From: Mobula birostris
Lineage: Eukaryota
Direction: 5' to 3'
Length of the DNA: 64,000 nucleotides
NCBI RefSeq assembly: GCF_030028105.1
Contig: NC_092380.1
Location: forward strand, 65,655,717-65,719,716
A program made the translations under genes and the position numbers. Positions 63,810 to 64,000 of this stretch are shown in pieces. The first letter of the stretch is position 1; every line of letters starts with the position of its first letter. A model generated the notes under the pieces. That model did not search any database. It was not told the DNA's origin and saw nothing but the letters and a program-made list of their open reading frames with translations.

Positions 63810-64000
63810 TCCTCCTCTGCTTTCCTCTAAGGTCCACTCTACTCTCCTATCAGATTCCTTATTCTTCAGTCCTTTACCTCTTCTACCTATCTCCTCGCAG
63901 CTTCTTATATCATACCTCTCTCCCACCCACTCACCTTCCACCTCACCTGCTCTCATCCAGCATCTGCTAGCTTGTACTCCTTCCCCTCCCCCACCTTCTT
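63810..64000 (+). mobile_element. Penelope-associated pyrimidine-rich 3' UTR, running off the window
   Basis: Similar to the core of 49810-49950 (CATCTGC.AGCTTGTA.TCCTTCC). Confidence 0.5.

Noticed and set aside
1-64000. CRISPR arrays, operons, rRNA or true tRNA genes
   Set aside because: None seen; the tRNA-like boxes belong to SINEs and the sequence is vertebrate-like.

Overview
AT-rich eukaryotic DNA with no long host ORF, dominated by transposon debris: CR1 and Rex1/Babar LINEs, L2 and RTE remnants, Penelope-like (GIY-YIG) elements, tRNA/V/Deu SINEs, and hAT, Tc1 and Chapaev3-like DNA transposons. This landscape suggests a cartilaginous fish, probably a ray (inference), in an intronic or intergenic region. 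The main discovery is a family of ~1.1-kb LTRs with inverted termini TGTGATGG...CCATCACA, present three times on the + strand: a truncated copy (30944-~31365), a 5' LTR (46700-48722, split by a Rex1 insertion) and a solo LTR (59163-60274) with a perfect 4-bp TSD. The 5' LTR is followed by a tRNA-Lys1,2-type primer-binding site and a 170-codon ORF in the gag position. Together these suggest an endogenous foamy-like retrovirus, although no pol survives to prove it. The U3 regions carry a decayed reading frame with an excess of synonymous differences between copies and a BC-box/SOCS-box-like motif, i.e. a candidate LTR-overlapping accessory gene. Also notable: minimal type I hammerhead ribozymes at Penelope element ends, a CR1 with twin-priming-like 5' inversion geometry, a young poly(A) SINE with a 15-bp TSD, a hAT element with a 6-bp TSD, and weak candidate exons of a minus-strand host gene. 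Boundaries of old repeats are approximate, and family names come from motif recognition by eye, not from database searches.
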